Assembly: GCA_043228905.1 (NCBI GenBank)
Contig: JBHGNT010000009.1
Location: forward strand, 7,998,001-8,062,000
Direction of reading: 5' to 3'
Length of the DNA stretch: 64,000 nucleotides
DNA from: Azolla caroliniana
Taxonomy: Eukaryota; Plantae; Polypodiophyta
Position 1 is the stretch's first letter; each line of letters starts with the position of its first letter. The position numbers were made by a program, and so were the translations under genes. The notes beneath the pieces are model-generated. The model was not told the origin of the DNA. It made no database searches and worked only from the letters and a program-made list of their open reading frames with translations. Positions 13,026-37,365 of the stretch are shown piece after piece.

Positions 13026-14127
13026 ATATATGATAGATAGCCTTAACATTTTAACTGATGCACTAGCTTTTCCTTGGCCACACATACAGTAGGTAAGAGG
13101 TTTTTCTTCCTCATCAAACATTCAGGACATATTAGGGATTGTCTCACACAACATTTTAGGATGTGCTTTAGTTGGATATTTATCAGATTCTGCAATTTTT
13201 AATGCATGCCTTGATCAGTAGTAAAGATATGAGCATGTTTGTGCTACTATCATTACAACCCATTGGACATTAGGGAGGTCTTTGAGCTGGGTATAAATCA
13301 GATTTTGTAAATCTTAATTTTCAATGCATGCCTTATATGGTAATTGATGGTACAGGATAGCAGCATGAATTTGCTGTCATTAGAGACTAAGCGGGATGCA
13401 GCAGTCATTGCAAGCAAACTCAACTTGGGTGTCTCCTTTGGCAACATGATGAGGACACAAATCGAAGCTGATGAACTCTTCAAGATGTATGAAAAAGAAG
13501 AGTACATCTTGGCAGGAAGGCGAAACTCATACCAGGTTTATATCTTGAAAAGCGATGTTGCAATCATAGTAGCTCAATGTTTTCGATAGCTTAGCTGAGA
13601 TGATTAGAATGAAAGTCAACAAACTCGTTACTTAGGAAGTATCACTTACGATAGGTATGAACTGTCATTTTTGGGTATATATGATTATAACATCTATTTG
13701 GCGCTATATCTAGAGCAAATTGAAGGTAGGTGAACATTAATGCAAATTCCATGTCCATATAGAATCCAACAAATGACTGCATACACATAGTCCACTTTTC
13801 TTTTCGTGAGTTAAATTTTTAATAAACATGCTCTCATCGTCCTTAAAATGATATATTTTTTAGGTGCTACTCAAAGTTGGAGCCACATCTCATGACCTTC
13901 TCAAAATGATGCTTCAAGTTTGCTATCTCTATCATTTAGAGAATAATGGCTCGTCAATTAATAAAAACATGGATTCTGAACCTTCTAATCCAGTTGAATT
14001 GTCACACAAACTTATGCTTGAGAAATTTGGATCCTTACAAGAAGAGTTAAGTAATGCAGGATGGACATTATCGGATGGATTGGTTTCGAGACCTCGACCA
14101 TACCGCATCATCGAAGCTTTGCCTTAG
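8699..14127 (+). CDS. RUS1: ROOT UVB SENSITIVE 1-like protein (DUF647 family), ~662 aa, 8 exons
   Basis: Exons 8699-8965, 9511-10137, 10237-10512, 11388-11444, 12453-12651, 12859-12977, 13356-13535, 13864-14127, all GT-AG and in frame. Motifs [85 protein letters not shown]. The N-terminus resembles a transit peptide. Confidence 0.92.
12661..12848. repeat. 94-bp tandem duplication in RUS1 intron 5
   Basis: 12661-12754 and 12755-12848 are nearly identical (TAAATGTATAGGTAGAAG...TATCCTCTTGGT). Confidence 0.9.
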
Positions 14128-16759
14128 TATGTGTTGATATAGATAAGAAGAGAAGAATGAAGAAGATTGTCCTATTTTGCTGTCTGCCCTTCACAAAATG
14201 CCCATTTTGCTTTCCATATTATTTCACTTCAACAAGTTCTTGATCCCTCCATTTCATTCTTCATGAACAACTGACATTTAACTGTATACTTAGTTTGTTT
14301 GAAGAATTGTGGTTAGGTATAGCGAAAATTGTATTCTCTAATCCAACACTTAATAATATTTTTATTTATTGAATAGTGATAATTGTAGGGCTGTTGTCTG
14401 GACAACTACAAAAGGTATAGGTAGCAAGCAAGATTACAGATCCAATATTCTCTAGCTCTCCAATTTTTCTTTGTGGATTCATTAGCGTCTATAGAGTTCC
14501 AAGTGTATACAACTCTGAAATAAGAATATATACTGTACTTATGTTGGAGTGCACGTTGTTTACATGATGCCTCCATAAACTCGTTTAGGATTGATTCCCA
14601 GAAAAACTCATTTGCGATCAATTCCATCAAACACTTTTTTTAAATAGAAAATATGAAGATTTTGCTATTTTAATTTAGTCACCTTCTCTCTTGGCACATC
14701 CCTAAGAGCTGCTTTTGCTACCACCTCATAATGCTGCAAATTCTAAGGAACGGAAAGGTTTTCCAATTTTAAAGGTCTTGATTTCCCCACAAAAACTAGT
14801 CGTAGTGAGCAGGAGAAATGTTTTTTAAGCACAAAGATTTTTATGTCATATATTGGTGGAACTTTGAAATGAGTGAAATCCTCCTAAAAGAGTGGGTTTT
14901 CATTGCATGATTAGTTTTATTATGAAATACAAGTCTTGAACAATAACTTCAAAGCACCACCAATGGTGCTCCATTGTACTCCATACTCCATGTGCTGCAT
15001 TCGTTTCGTGGCACTATGTCATTATCACCTAGGAATTCTAGGTAGCAGGGCAGTCATAATAACTTTTTTATTATAGCAGCATTTCATTTTCATCTTCAAC
15101 GTCTGGTTAATAATAAGAAAGGACTAGGTTAATCATATATAACTTTTCACTTCTAATAAGTTTTTATTGTCAACAAAATCAAAGGACTTTGAGAAGATTT
15201 GTACTTTTGTTGAGAGAAACATTGGCTTCATATGCCATACTGTAGGAAATGTTATATATCCTCGATAATGGACTGCATTAATCATAGATTGCTGAGAAAG
15301 TCTAGTTAATAATAACTAAGGCACTTCCACTGAGTCAATCACATTACCTTTTTCCTTCTAATGAGATTGCATTGACAACACAATTAAAACATTTAAGAAA
15401 ATATGTATTTTTGTTAAAAGAAGATATTGGCTTTATACGTCCTATGAGAGCTGGACATCATCAATAGTGGACCACATCGATTATAAATTGTTGAACGCAG
15501 CATATTAAATGCACAAATTTAAAATAGATGATAGTTTTGTGACAAACTTGTGGGCAGTGTTTGTTCAAGCCCATACCACTGGCTTTGATGTGAAGAATAT
15601 CACTATTTAAATTGTAATGCATTTCAAATTGTTAACCAACAAAGTGAATACAGTTAATTGGAGCACCAGTAAATAGTGTTGCTCTTTTATTCTTAATCAC
15701 TATGTTCTATCATGAATTACAAGTATCCAATGCATTGGTAATTACATAATATTGGCCATCTCATGCAACAATCGCTCACATATTCTCTCATCCAACCTTT
15801 GATCTAATGTTACAATATAATGATAATGCCGCCCATACCAGTGTAGTGTGACAGATGGCCATTAACACAAGCCATGCAATTGGGACTCTCCACATCAACA
15901 TGGTGTGATGGAACGTCTATTAATGGAAGCTGCATGTGCAGTTTCCGATTTCATTTTATGGGCACGAATAAGTCATCAACAATGATATTGAAAAATGCTA
16001 CTCTGATCCTTAGACCCAGGAGTGCATGATGATAAATGACGTACTAAGACTAAGTTGAACATTAAGGTTAGCCATGGAAACATTGTCAAACTACCTTAAT
16101 AAACTAGATTGTGTGCAAATCAATTATTTTCAGCTTTGGTTTCTTCCAGAAACCGTAAAGAAATGTATTACGACAAGTGTTCTCAAGGAGTGAAATGTTA
16201 CATGGGCATACATACAACAGTATTGCAACAGACAAAACAGACGATGCGTCCATAACCTCAACCTCTTATTATTACTCTGGCCCTTGCAGTCCACAGAAGG
16301 ATAATAAAGCTCACAAACATTTGACAAAGGTTTCATAATGTATCCAAAATTACTGTACAATGAAGCCCTCTGATAGTGGATGTCCATTCTCATACATGAA
16401 AAACGAATGAGAGCAACCTTTGCAATCCATGTGGTTTCTGTAGGATATGGTCAATTGAGTTATATCATTAGCTTATGCATTTGCATAAGATCAAAAAATT
16501 CACTATGCTCAATAGTTCGGGCATATATATATATATCATCATGTGGCATATTGCCCAGGTTCTTTGTAGAGAGCATGATGTGTAGAACTCCACATTCTTA
16601 TTACACATAAATTACGTTTTGGGTGTCCATGGGTAACATGACTCTATCAAGTTAAGCTTCTGAAAGCAAAACAAAATGACTAATAAAAACTCGTGCAAAA
16701 TGTTTTTTATTTTTTACGTACAAGTTGGTGCCATCTTCTTTCTACTACCCTGAAATCTC

Positions 16760-28472
<11,713 letters not shown>

Positions 28473-30515
28473 CTTTCTTTTGTACTCAGCCTATTCCTAT
28501 TCCTTTTCCTTCAAATCAACAACAATAGCAAAGATAATAAAAAATTTAGATCTCTTAGATGATACCAAAATGATCACAAAACAGACAGTGAGAAATTGTC
28601 ATCTACCTCTCTTCCTCCTCCTCTTCTTTTTCTTCTTCTTCTTCTTCCACAATAACAATGACACCTAAGATCAGTGACAAGATATTAAGATCTCCGGCAT
28701 ACAACTAAAGGATAGCATAAAAACAATAAAAGATTGTCTTCCTCTTCTTCCAAATCAGCAACAATAAAACTAACAATGACTACAGAAAACAAAGATCTCT
28801 GATACTGAAACAATCAAGAGGAAAACAATTACAATGATAATAACAATAGATGAAAATTAAGTTTCTTGTCTTATTCTTTCAAACATCAATAGCAATAACA
28901 ATGACAACAAATTAAGAACTCTGATACATTCAGAAAAAATCACGATATAAACAGAAACCATTGATCTTATTTGTCTCCTTCCAAACAGCCACAATAAAAA
29001 GAAGTAACGGCAACAAACTAATTATCTGTGGAACTGAACTGATGACAATAGAATCAATCACGAGAACAATAAGTAATGGCAACAAATTAAGACATCTCAA
29101 CTGGTAAAAATAGCAAAATATTAAGATCTCTGATACAGAAAACAAATCACAATATTAACATCACCAATGATCAATAATAATTTCGGATCTCTGATATGGA
29201 AACAATATAAGAAAATAAGATCCCTGGTCAGAAACAATAATGATACACGCAATCACGCCAACAATTAATAACAATTTAGGATCTCTGAAACAGAGTGAAA
29301 AATTGTTAAACAAACAGCACCAGCACCAGCAACAATAACAATACAACAAATTAAGAACTTAGATACTGACAAATTTGGTAACAAATATTATTCCCATTAC
29401 AGTCCTCGTCCCTTTTATTATTTTTCCAAACAAGAGAAATAATAAGAATCAAAGACAAATTAAGGTACCTAATTACCTATTTGATTCCCTTCCTTTGATA
29501 TCTAACTTTGAAAATTTTCTCAGTTCAGCTTCCTTCTTTTGGCCTGAAAAAAAAACTTTTTGACTTGGAACTACAACAAAAAAGTAAACGAAAACTTAAG
29601 GTCACTGATTGCTAAATGAACAGGATATGGCCATTATTCTCACCATCATCTTCTTCCTTTTCTTCTTCATCATCTTCTTCTTCTCCCATATAACAATAGC
29701 AATAAAAAGATAAAAATATTCCTCTTCTTGCTCATCCAAATAAGAATCACAATTACCATCTTCTTCTTCTTCATCTTTCAAACAACAATAAAAATTAACA
29801 ATAATTAAAGATATATGATACCTTTTTGCTTCCTTTCTTTGATATTTCAGTGCAAAAGGAGCTTCTCTTTTCTATTTCTTCCTTCCTTTGAACCCCAAAT
29901 AGGCCTTACAACTGTAAAGATAATAATTTCTTCTTCATTTCTTTGATTTAACAGGCAATTGGAGCCTTCCTGAACCAGAAAAACTCTGTTTTACTTTGAC
30001 CTGAAAATAGTTTTTTCTTAACTGTTAAATGTAGGAAAAAACAACAACCGTTTACTCTGTTTCGTTTCTTTCTTTGAGATACTGAGAGATTGGCGAAATG
30101 TTAAATGTCAGTTTTTCTTTTCTCTCTATCGGTCTTTTCTTGATTGAGTTCATTTATTTGAAATAGAAACTAAAATAGACCCTTTTGAACTGTGAATCGT
30201 CTTCCTTCTTTGCGCCCTTTCCTTCTTTTAATTTCTCCGTGAATAGACCGAAAGACAGAGAGATTTGCTGAGCTGTTAATATAATACTTCTTCTCTCTAT
30301 CTACCTACCTTTCTCTCCCTTTCTTTTTCTGTGGCTTCGCAGATACCACTTTTTGTCGAGCTTTTCCAGTGAGAAAAGTGGAAGGGAAGGAAACTCTAGA
30401 GAGATCTATGATGAAATTAGGGTAAACAGAGCTTCTTCTTCTTCTTCAATCCATGGGAGGGGAGGGAGGAATGATCCATGAAAGCATTGGTTCGATGATG
30501 ATGATGACCAAACAA

Positions 30516-30519
<4 letters not shown>

Positions 30520-30562
<43 letters not shown>
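30520..30562. repeat. (GA)n microsatellite upstream of HXK
   Basis: Uninterrupted GA run. An imperfect (TGCTTTTT)n run follows at ~30783-30840. Confidence 0.9.
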
Positions 30563-30566
<4 letters not shown>

Positions 30567-33500
30567 CAAAGGTCTGAATGAGCTATGGCGATTCGTTTGA
30601 GAGAGGTCTCTGTGTAAGGTATGGAGAGGGAAATTTTAGTGAATTAATCGCCCTGTGGCTTCTTCTTCTTCTTCTTCACTGTTTTTTTGTTAATAAAAAC
30701 CCTTACTATCTATCTATCTATCATATCACTTCGTATTTATTTTTTTTGGGGGAAAAATAAAACCGCAATCCATTTCTTCTTCTGCTTTTTTGCTTTTTTG
30801 CTTTTTTGCTTTTTTGCTTTTTTGCTTTTTTTGCTTTTCGCTTCTCTGAGTTTCTAAAAATGCAACACACCCCCCTTTTCCGCTCGGTTTCCATTTTTTT
30901 TCTTTTTTCTCTTTCATTTTTATGTTTTGTCTTTTTTATCACTTTTTATTTTTATTTTTATTTTTCTTCCTTACTTTTTATTTGTTATCGTTTTATTCTT
31001 TCTTTAATTTTTTTCGAATTGTTTTAAATGTTTTTTTATTTTATTTACAACATTAAAAAACATATACTTTTCCTTACTTTTAAATATATTTTTTTATCGT
31101 TTAATTTTTTCCTTCTTATTTATATTTTTTAAAAAAATGGTTTTTAATCTTATTTACAACATTTAAAAATTTACTTTTCCTTACTTTTTAATTTTTTTTC
31201 TATTTTTATTTTATTTTTAAAATAAAAGTTTTTTTTATGTAAATGTTTTTTCCTTTTTTTATATTTTTTAATATTTGTTTATGTTTTTGAATTTTACTTC
31301 ACGACATTTAGCTTTAACAAAAGAGAGGCCTCCTTTCAAGAGAGGCTTGCCTTGGTCCTCCATTTGGCTTCCTACAAAAAAAAAGTCATCGACACAACAA
31401 TTTCATCCATCCGAACTGCAACCCTCTGACTGAACTGAAAATTTGGAGCAATTTGTTCATCTTTGTCTCGTCCGTCAAAGCTTAACTAAGAAGGAGCCCT
31501 TTGTAGACTTTGTTCTTCGCTTCGCCTCACAAGCTTTTGACAAAAGACATATCAAGCCATGTGGTAAGAGGGCACATCCATATGTGTGCAAATTTCAAAT
31601 ATAACTATATCTCGTCTACATTCTTATCCGAGCTAAATATCACATATGACTTGCCAATTTACACATGAAGGCTCGATCAATCATGAGATACATTGTATTT
31701 TCTACACACTACAATTATGACAACTTTATAATCCAACACCTTCGCCATCTAATCTAGCGAAACATCGCATGCTTTTGGCTCTTTAAAGGGTTGGAAAAAT
31801 ATTGTTTAGTTTTGAGTGCCATCATCAACCTACTCATATTGGTAACTTAGGCAAAATATCTTAAAGTGGCAATCATGTGAAGAATTGACCTAAGGTTGTG
31901 GCTTACATATTCAATCTCCTAGATGACCACCGAGGCAAAATTTTCAAATATATGTTTTGGCTTGGTTGCATGTTTTGGCTAAAACCCAAGTCTATTTAAC
32001 TGAATTTGCACATCCTATTGATGCAAAGGCGAAACAAAGTAAATGGTTGCACTTGGATTGTGATGTATATTATTAACATGATCAAAATGACTTTGGCACC
32101 TCACTGATCGAGATATATATACAACCTTCTATTCAGGCAACACTCTTCCTATGATAAAATCAGTATATTATATGTGTGTTGATAAAACCCTATATTCCTA
32201 CTAATAACCAAGGCTAAAGTACCTCTAATATAATACTAGAATCAAAATCTTTACCCCCATCAAAAGTAAGACTCTCATTGATACAAAATTCTTTTTTCTA
32301 AACGTTGTTGTGCGATCTTTTATAAATAATAATAGCTTTGCAAGCGCATACAAATATAACATATAAACAATATTCTCCATGTCCTATCTTGAACTTTTGA
32401 TGTTATGGCAGTCTTATGTATTATACTTACATATATCTGCTTTTATTGTCACGTGCCTATTTGTCCATCAACTAATAGACTTGTTCTGAGAGGTTCAATT
32501 TCAAACCACCGAGGATTTTGTACTCACTCTCGATAGCTCCCAAAAAGTATTGCTTTTCTATAGGCAACCCACTTGCATCTCTCATCAAAAGGCACTCTCA
32601 AATATCGAGTTTTGAGGAACTCTCGAGCTAGTCCAAACATACACTGAAAAACTATCCTACACTCATTCATGAATGTTCTTTTAAGGACCTTAGGATCATG
32701 TCAACTGGTGTCCCATCTAATAAATAAGGCATATACTATTTCCTAAGGCATTTGGCACAATGCCTCTATTTTTGTGCCTCCTAGTACCTTTTAGAAAATC
32801 TACTTTGTTTTGAATGAACATACCATTTTCCTTACATGAAATGCAAGCTTCAAGGAATAACATGTTGATCCATGATATTTCACTAGGTTGTTGTATTTCC
32901 TAATAGCTCCATAAATCAATTCATCCTTCATATGATAGTTATGGAATTGTAAACATACTAACATATGAATAGCTAGGAACAATATCATATGTATGGTTGC
33001 AAGTGTTGTAAACTTGTTTGAACATCATATTTGAAAATTATGCGTGAAGACGATGTGCTTGGTTTTCAACTCATCAACACACGTGATCAAACACAAACAC
33101 TTTAATATGATGTTTGGGCAAGCCCCTTGCCTATCTCCTATCTGCATCATTGCAACTCATACATGTGACAATAAATGAGACAAGTACACCAAATTGATCA
33201 CTTTTGCCATGAATTGCTTACATCTTTCTTCTATAATACAAACAACGAATCCTCGAAGTGCTACCAAGTTTATTCTCGTCAATTACTGTTAAATATTTTA
33301 CTACATATTGTCTGGTTGTCATTGCTTTCATTAAAATAGAAGTGACAAAGTGCATTATTAGCTATATATATGGTATTTTAATACCTTCACATATGGCATT
33401 TTATTACATTCATATGTGCTACTTTATTTATCTCATGTCTAGTTCCCTATTTTCTTAGCGTGTGGTGTTGCAAATATTTATTCATGGGCAAATTTGATTT

Positions 33501-33600
33501 TATTCCTCGTACAAAGAAAGGCAAGAAAGACGCAATGTTCATTAGGACTTATTATTTGATACTTTGTAGCTTTTTCATGTAATAAATGTTCATGAGTCTA

Positions 33601-33795
33601 AAAGCTCATTGAAGTACACTTATATATGTTAACATTGATTTCTTCCCATATATCTTAAGAGGAATAGATAGATATCTTCTTAAAGTCCACGGGAGACCAA
33701 TTGCCAATAGTGAGGATCAAATTTGGGTTCTCGCAAACTTATGACTTTGATGTTGCAATGTCATACATCACTCACGAAACTCAAACCCATGGCTT
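33601..33795 (+). repeat. 195-bp direct repeat, copy 1 (copy 2 at 41884-42078)
   Basis: AAAGCTCATTGA...CAAACCCATGGCTT occurs twice, with about 7-8 mismatches. Confidence 0.9.
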
Positions 33796-36603
33796 ATTGT
33801 TATCCATGGGACAACAAGAACAAAGTGTGAAAAGGATCGCGAAGGACAAATAGGAAAAAACTGTGGAGACAAATGTGAAAGGCCAAAAGAAGTCGAGCAA
33901 GAACAACCGATGGTAGGAGCCGAATATCAAGGAGTAGTTGGAACACGCCAAGCTAGGAGAAAGCTATATAATTGAGAAGTTCGAGAAGTGGCGAACACAT
34001 AGAGGGAGAAGATATTGAATAGGAGTCCCCATAATAGACTAAGCCTAGATCTAGATTAGGATCAAGTGAGTGAGTGTTACCGATTTTACTCAGTACTTGT
34101 ATCTGTATTGTATGCTACAGTAATTGATATACATATATACTTGTGGGTCATCTCTATGTCTGTCTCAATTTGATCTATCTTTTCCTACACACGTTCGGTT
34201 TGTAAGACGTTACCTATCAATTGGTTGTAGCCTATTCTCGGAGTGTCCATCTCAATTGTCGTAAACGATTCAACCACCAGTTAGGCCACTAGTCTCTTAC
34301 GCACCATGATTCCTTGACCCGATTACTCAGGAGGAGTAATCAAAGGTGTTCTCTAGGTGGGAGTAACACAATTTGGCACGATTGGTTCACGTTGTGAGGC
34401 CACAACGAACAACTCGAAGAGAAACACCCAGTCGCCATAATGGAGATGCCCCGAGGCACACCACTCGGCTAACGTCTTGACATGTAGAACAAGCATACAA
34501 CACCACCGACTCAACTCTCACAGAGCACTCACCGCTACTGGCATCAGACGCGCACTCAACCGTGGGTCCTGATTCCCGCCTCGCCTAATAGGACCTCCGA
34601 AGTCAACCAAACCAAAGACAACCTCTTACCGGCGCTACCAAAAGACCCCGACTTCGACACAATGTCGTTTCCGTATCCAAAATACACATATGGAGTTGAC
34701 GGAAAGTCACATGTTAGATCTTTCTTGTCCACATGGCAAGCAAACCATGTGACGCAGCGCTTGGCCCTTGCGAAGGCCGAATCATCCAAAATCGCGAAGT
34801 TTTCTTTATCCCTCGATGGCCCAGTAGGGTGTTGGTACTCCCAACACGATTTGGGGGACTTTGCTTCCTTTCAAGAGGTTCGAGATCGCTTCCTCTATCT
34901 GGTCCATCGAGAGATACCCAAGCAGGAACTATTTCGCTAGATCTACTCTATCGTGCAAGCGCCTCACGAGACGATCCCCCAATTTACGATTCGGTTTCAG
35001 GACCTCTATCGACAGCTACCTCATGATGTCTTGGCCGATCACCTAAAAGACACTTTCCTCACCAGCCTACGAGAGCCCCTTCAAACCACTTTAGCTCTCG
35101 TCGACTTTTCGCAACAAACAATTGAGCAAGTGGTTGATCGATTCCTCGCCATGGACAAGGCCCAAAATAACAACTCCTTCTCCATGAGCTCTCTACAAGG
35201 CGCCTTGCCGATAATAAAGGAAGCCCAATTCTGGCAAGCTATACAATGCACACGTGCTTGATTCCCGACCACTCGGCAGTAGACTGCGTCCTCCGACCAC
35301 ACTACCTGATATGTCATTCCTGAGCTCACACCGTGGAGCAATGTGACTACAATATGCTCAACCACACTGATGCTGCTCCGGTTTGACAGATGGAGCTCCA
35401 CCACGATTGTCCCTGACATGATGATTGCTCCAGACCGTTGCCTCGATTTCGGGACGCCGAGTGCCCTCACGATTGGCTAGAGGAGGATCATTATCGATGT
35501 GTGGAAGATCATTATCAACTAGTGGAGGACCATTATAGGCCAGCTTAGAACCACTATCATTACGACTACGATCATGACGACGACTATGAGCCTCGATACT
35601 ATTCCAAGTGACGACAAGAGCGAAGGCATCCCCGGAATAATCGTGGTCACAATAATTGCCACCCCTCGGACAATCGGCACCGAGATAAACCGTGGATGGA
35701 TCACCACCGAGCACAACAATATGACACGCCGCCCCGAGACAACCTTCCCCATCAAGCTCAAACGACTCATTTCGAGCAAGGGAATCCATCAAATCCGCTT
35801 CGGTCACTTGCTTCAACTGTAATCAACCGGGACACTATGCTACCCAATGTCCGACAAATGATCGCGATGTCGTGAAGGATTTCCTTCATGATATAAAAAT
35901 AAAATAAAATATTGAATTCAGTAATATTTCAAACACTTGAACCTACAAACTTATAAGCCAAGCACAATGTATATACCACTAGGGTAGGCTATTTGTTTTT
36001 AGAAATATTATGAAGAATGTGCTTCACTATATAAGAATCAACTTAAATATTGTATTAAGTAAAATTGAGGGACTTGAACCCTCAACCTTGTATATCAAGC
36101 ACAAAGCATACACCACTAAGCTAGGTTATTTGTTTTAGGGTTATATGCATCATTATACTTATCCCAATACATGGGAGCTCAAATGAGCATGATGGCTATC
36201 ATGCATCACATGCAATGCATGTGCGCCAAATGGTGATCATGCATCAGATGTAACTCATGCATTACATGCATGCCATTACCATATGCATGGAAATACTTAT
36301 AAAAAGAGGGGATAGGAAAACAAAAGGGGATCAATCAAGGGAGAGAGGGAAAATAATACAATTAAGTAAAGAAGACTAGCTCATTGGGTGGAGAACCTCT
36401 CGTTTCGAAGTTGAGGTCGAGGGTTCAAATCAAGGGTCGGTATTGAAAAGATTCATCTTGCGATCAAGGATTGTAAAGTTGGTAAAATATTATATTTTTA
36501 ATATACATCATGTTTATATCATATACTCTTGTTCTTTGAATCATACTTTGTCTCAATCTTCTTTCTTGAATCATACATTGTCTCTATATTTTATCTATGC
36601 TCG

Positions 36604-36638
<35 letters not shown>

Positions 36639-36792
36639 TTACTTGTAACTCTTCGTCTTACTATCCTTAACCATTATATCATCACCATACAAGCCTTATT
36701 AAAAGTTAAGTTTCTTCAACTCCCCTTAACCTTAGTCCCCACGACTTCGCCGCACGAACCACAACTACCCCTGTGCAACAACACTCCAAGAT

Positions 36793-37365
36793 TTGTATGC
36801 TGGCACCATCAATGCTGCAAGTGTAAAAAACGAGAATGATGTTGGTGTCAATGAAGGGGATAGGAGTCACTATACAAGGGACCATTGGGCTCGAGCAACA
36901 ACGGAGGCACCTGCAAAAATTGGGGAGCAGCAAATTCCATGTATTGCTTTGATCGATCATGGATCCGAGATTAACATGATGTCATCGGGATTTTACGCTC
37001 GAGGACGGTGGCCGATCGACAAGAATCATGGGTGGAAAATAAGAGTTGCCACAGAGACTATGGAGGATCTATTTGGAGCATGTCCTAGTGTGAAGGTAAC
37101 AATTGGTGATGTGTCGGTGAATCAAAATTTCTTTGTGCAGGATCGATCAACCTACCCCATCATCCTTGGTCAGCCCTACATCACCGTAGTGAGGATGGAA
37201 ACAAAGGTTATTGATGATGGTTCGGTTTTCGCGAGAATCAAGAGTCAAGATGGAAGAAAGACTGTCCAATTCTTAACTGTGAGGCCCAACCATGAAAGAA
37301 ACAAAGAATGCTTGAGGGAACATCCACTTCAAGAGATGGATGAAGAGTTTTCCCAGGATTTTTAG
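36793..37365 (+). CDS. gypsy aspartic protease (3' end of the gag-pro ORF)
   Basis: ALIDHGSEINMMS and YPIILGQPY motifs. Ends GAT TTT TAG. Confidence 0.85.
   Translation: MYAGTINAASVKNENDVGVNEGDRSHYTRDHWARATTEAPAKIGEQQIPCIALIDHGSEINMMSSGFYARGRWPIDKNHGWKIRVATETMEDLFGACPSVKVTIGDVSVNQNFFVQDRSTYPIILGQPYITVVRMETKVIDDGSVFARIKSQDGRKTVQFLTVRPNHERNKECLREHPLQEMDEEFSQDF

Noticed and set aside
31300-33600. possible decayed gene or TE
   Set aside because: No motif, ORF or terminal structure recognisable by eye. Left unannotated.
36064-36130. functional tRNA gene
   Set aside because: No acceptor stem, and it is part of an LTR. Reported as tRNA-like only.
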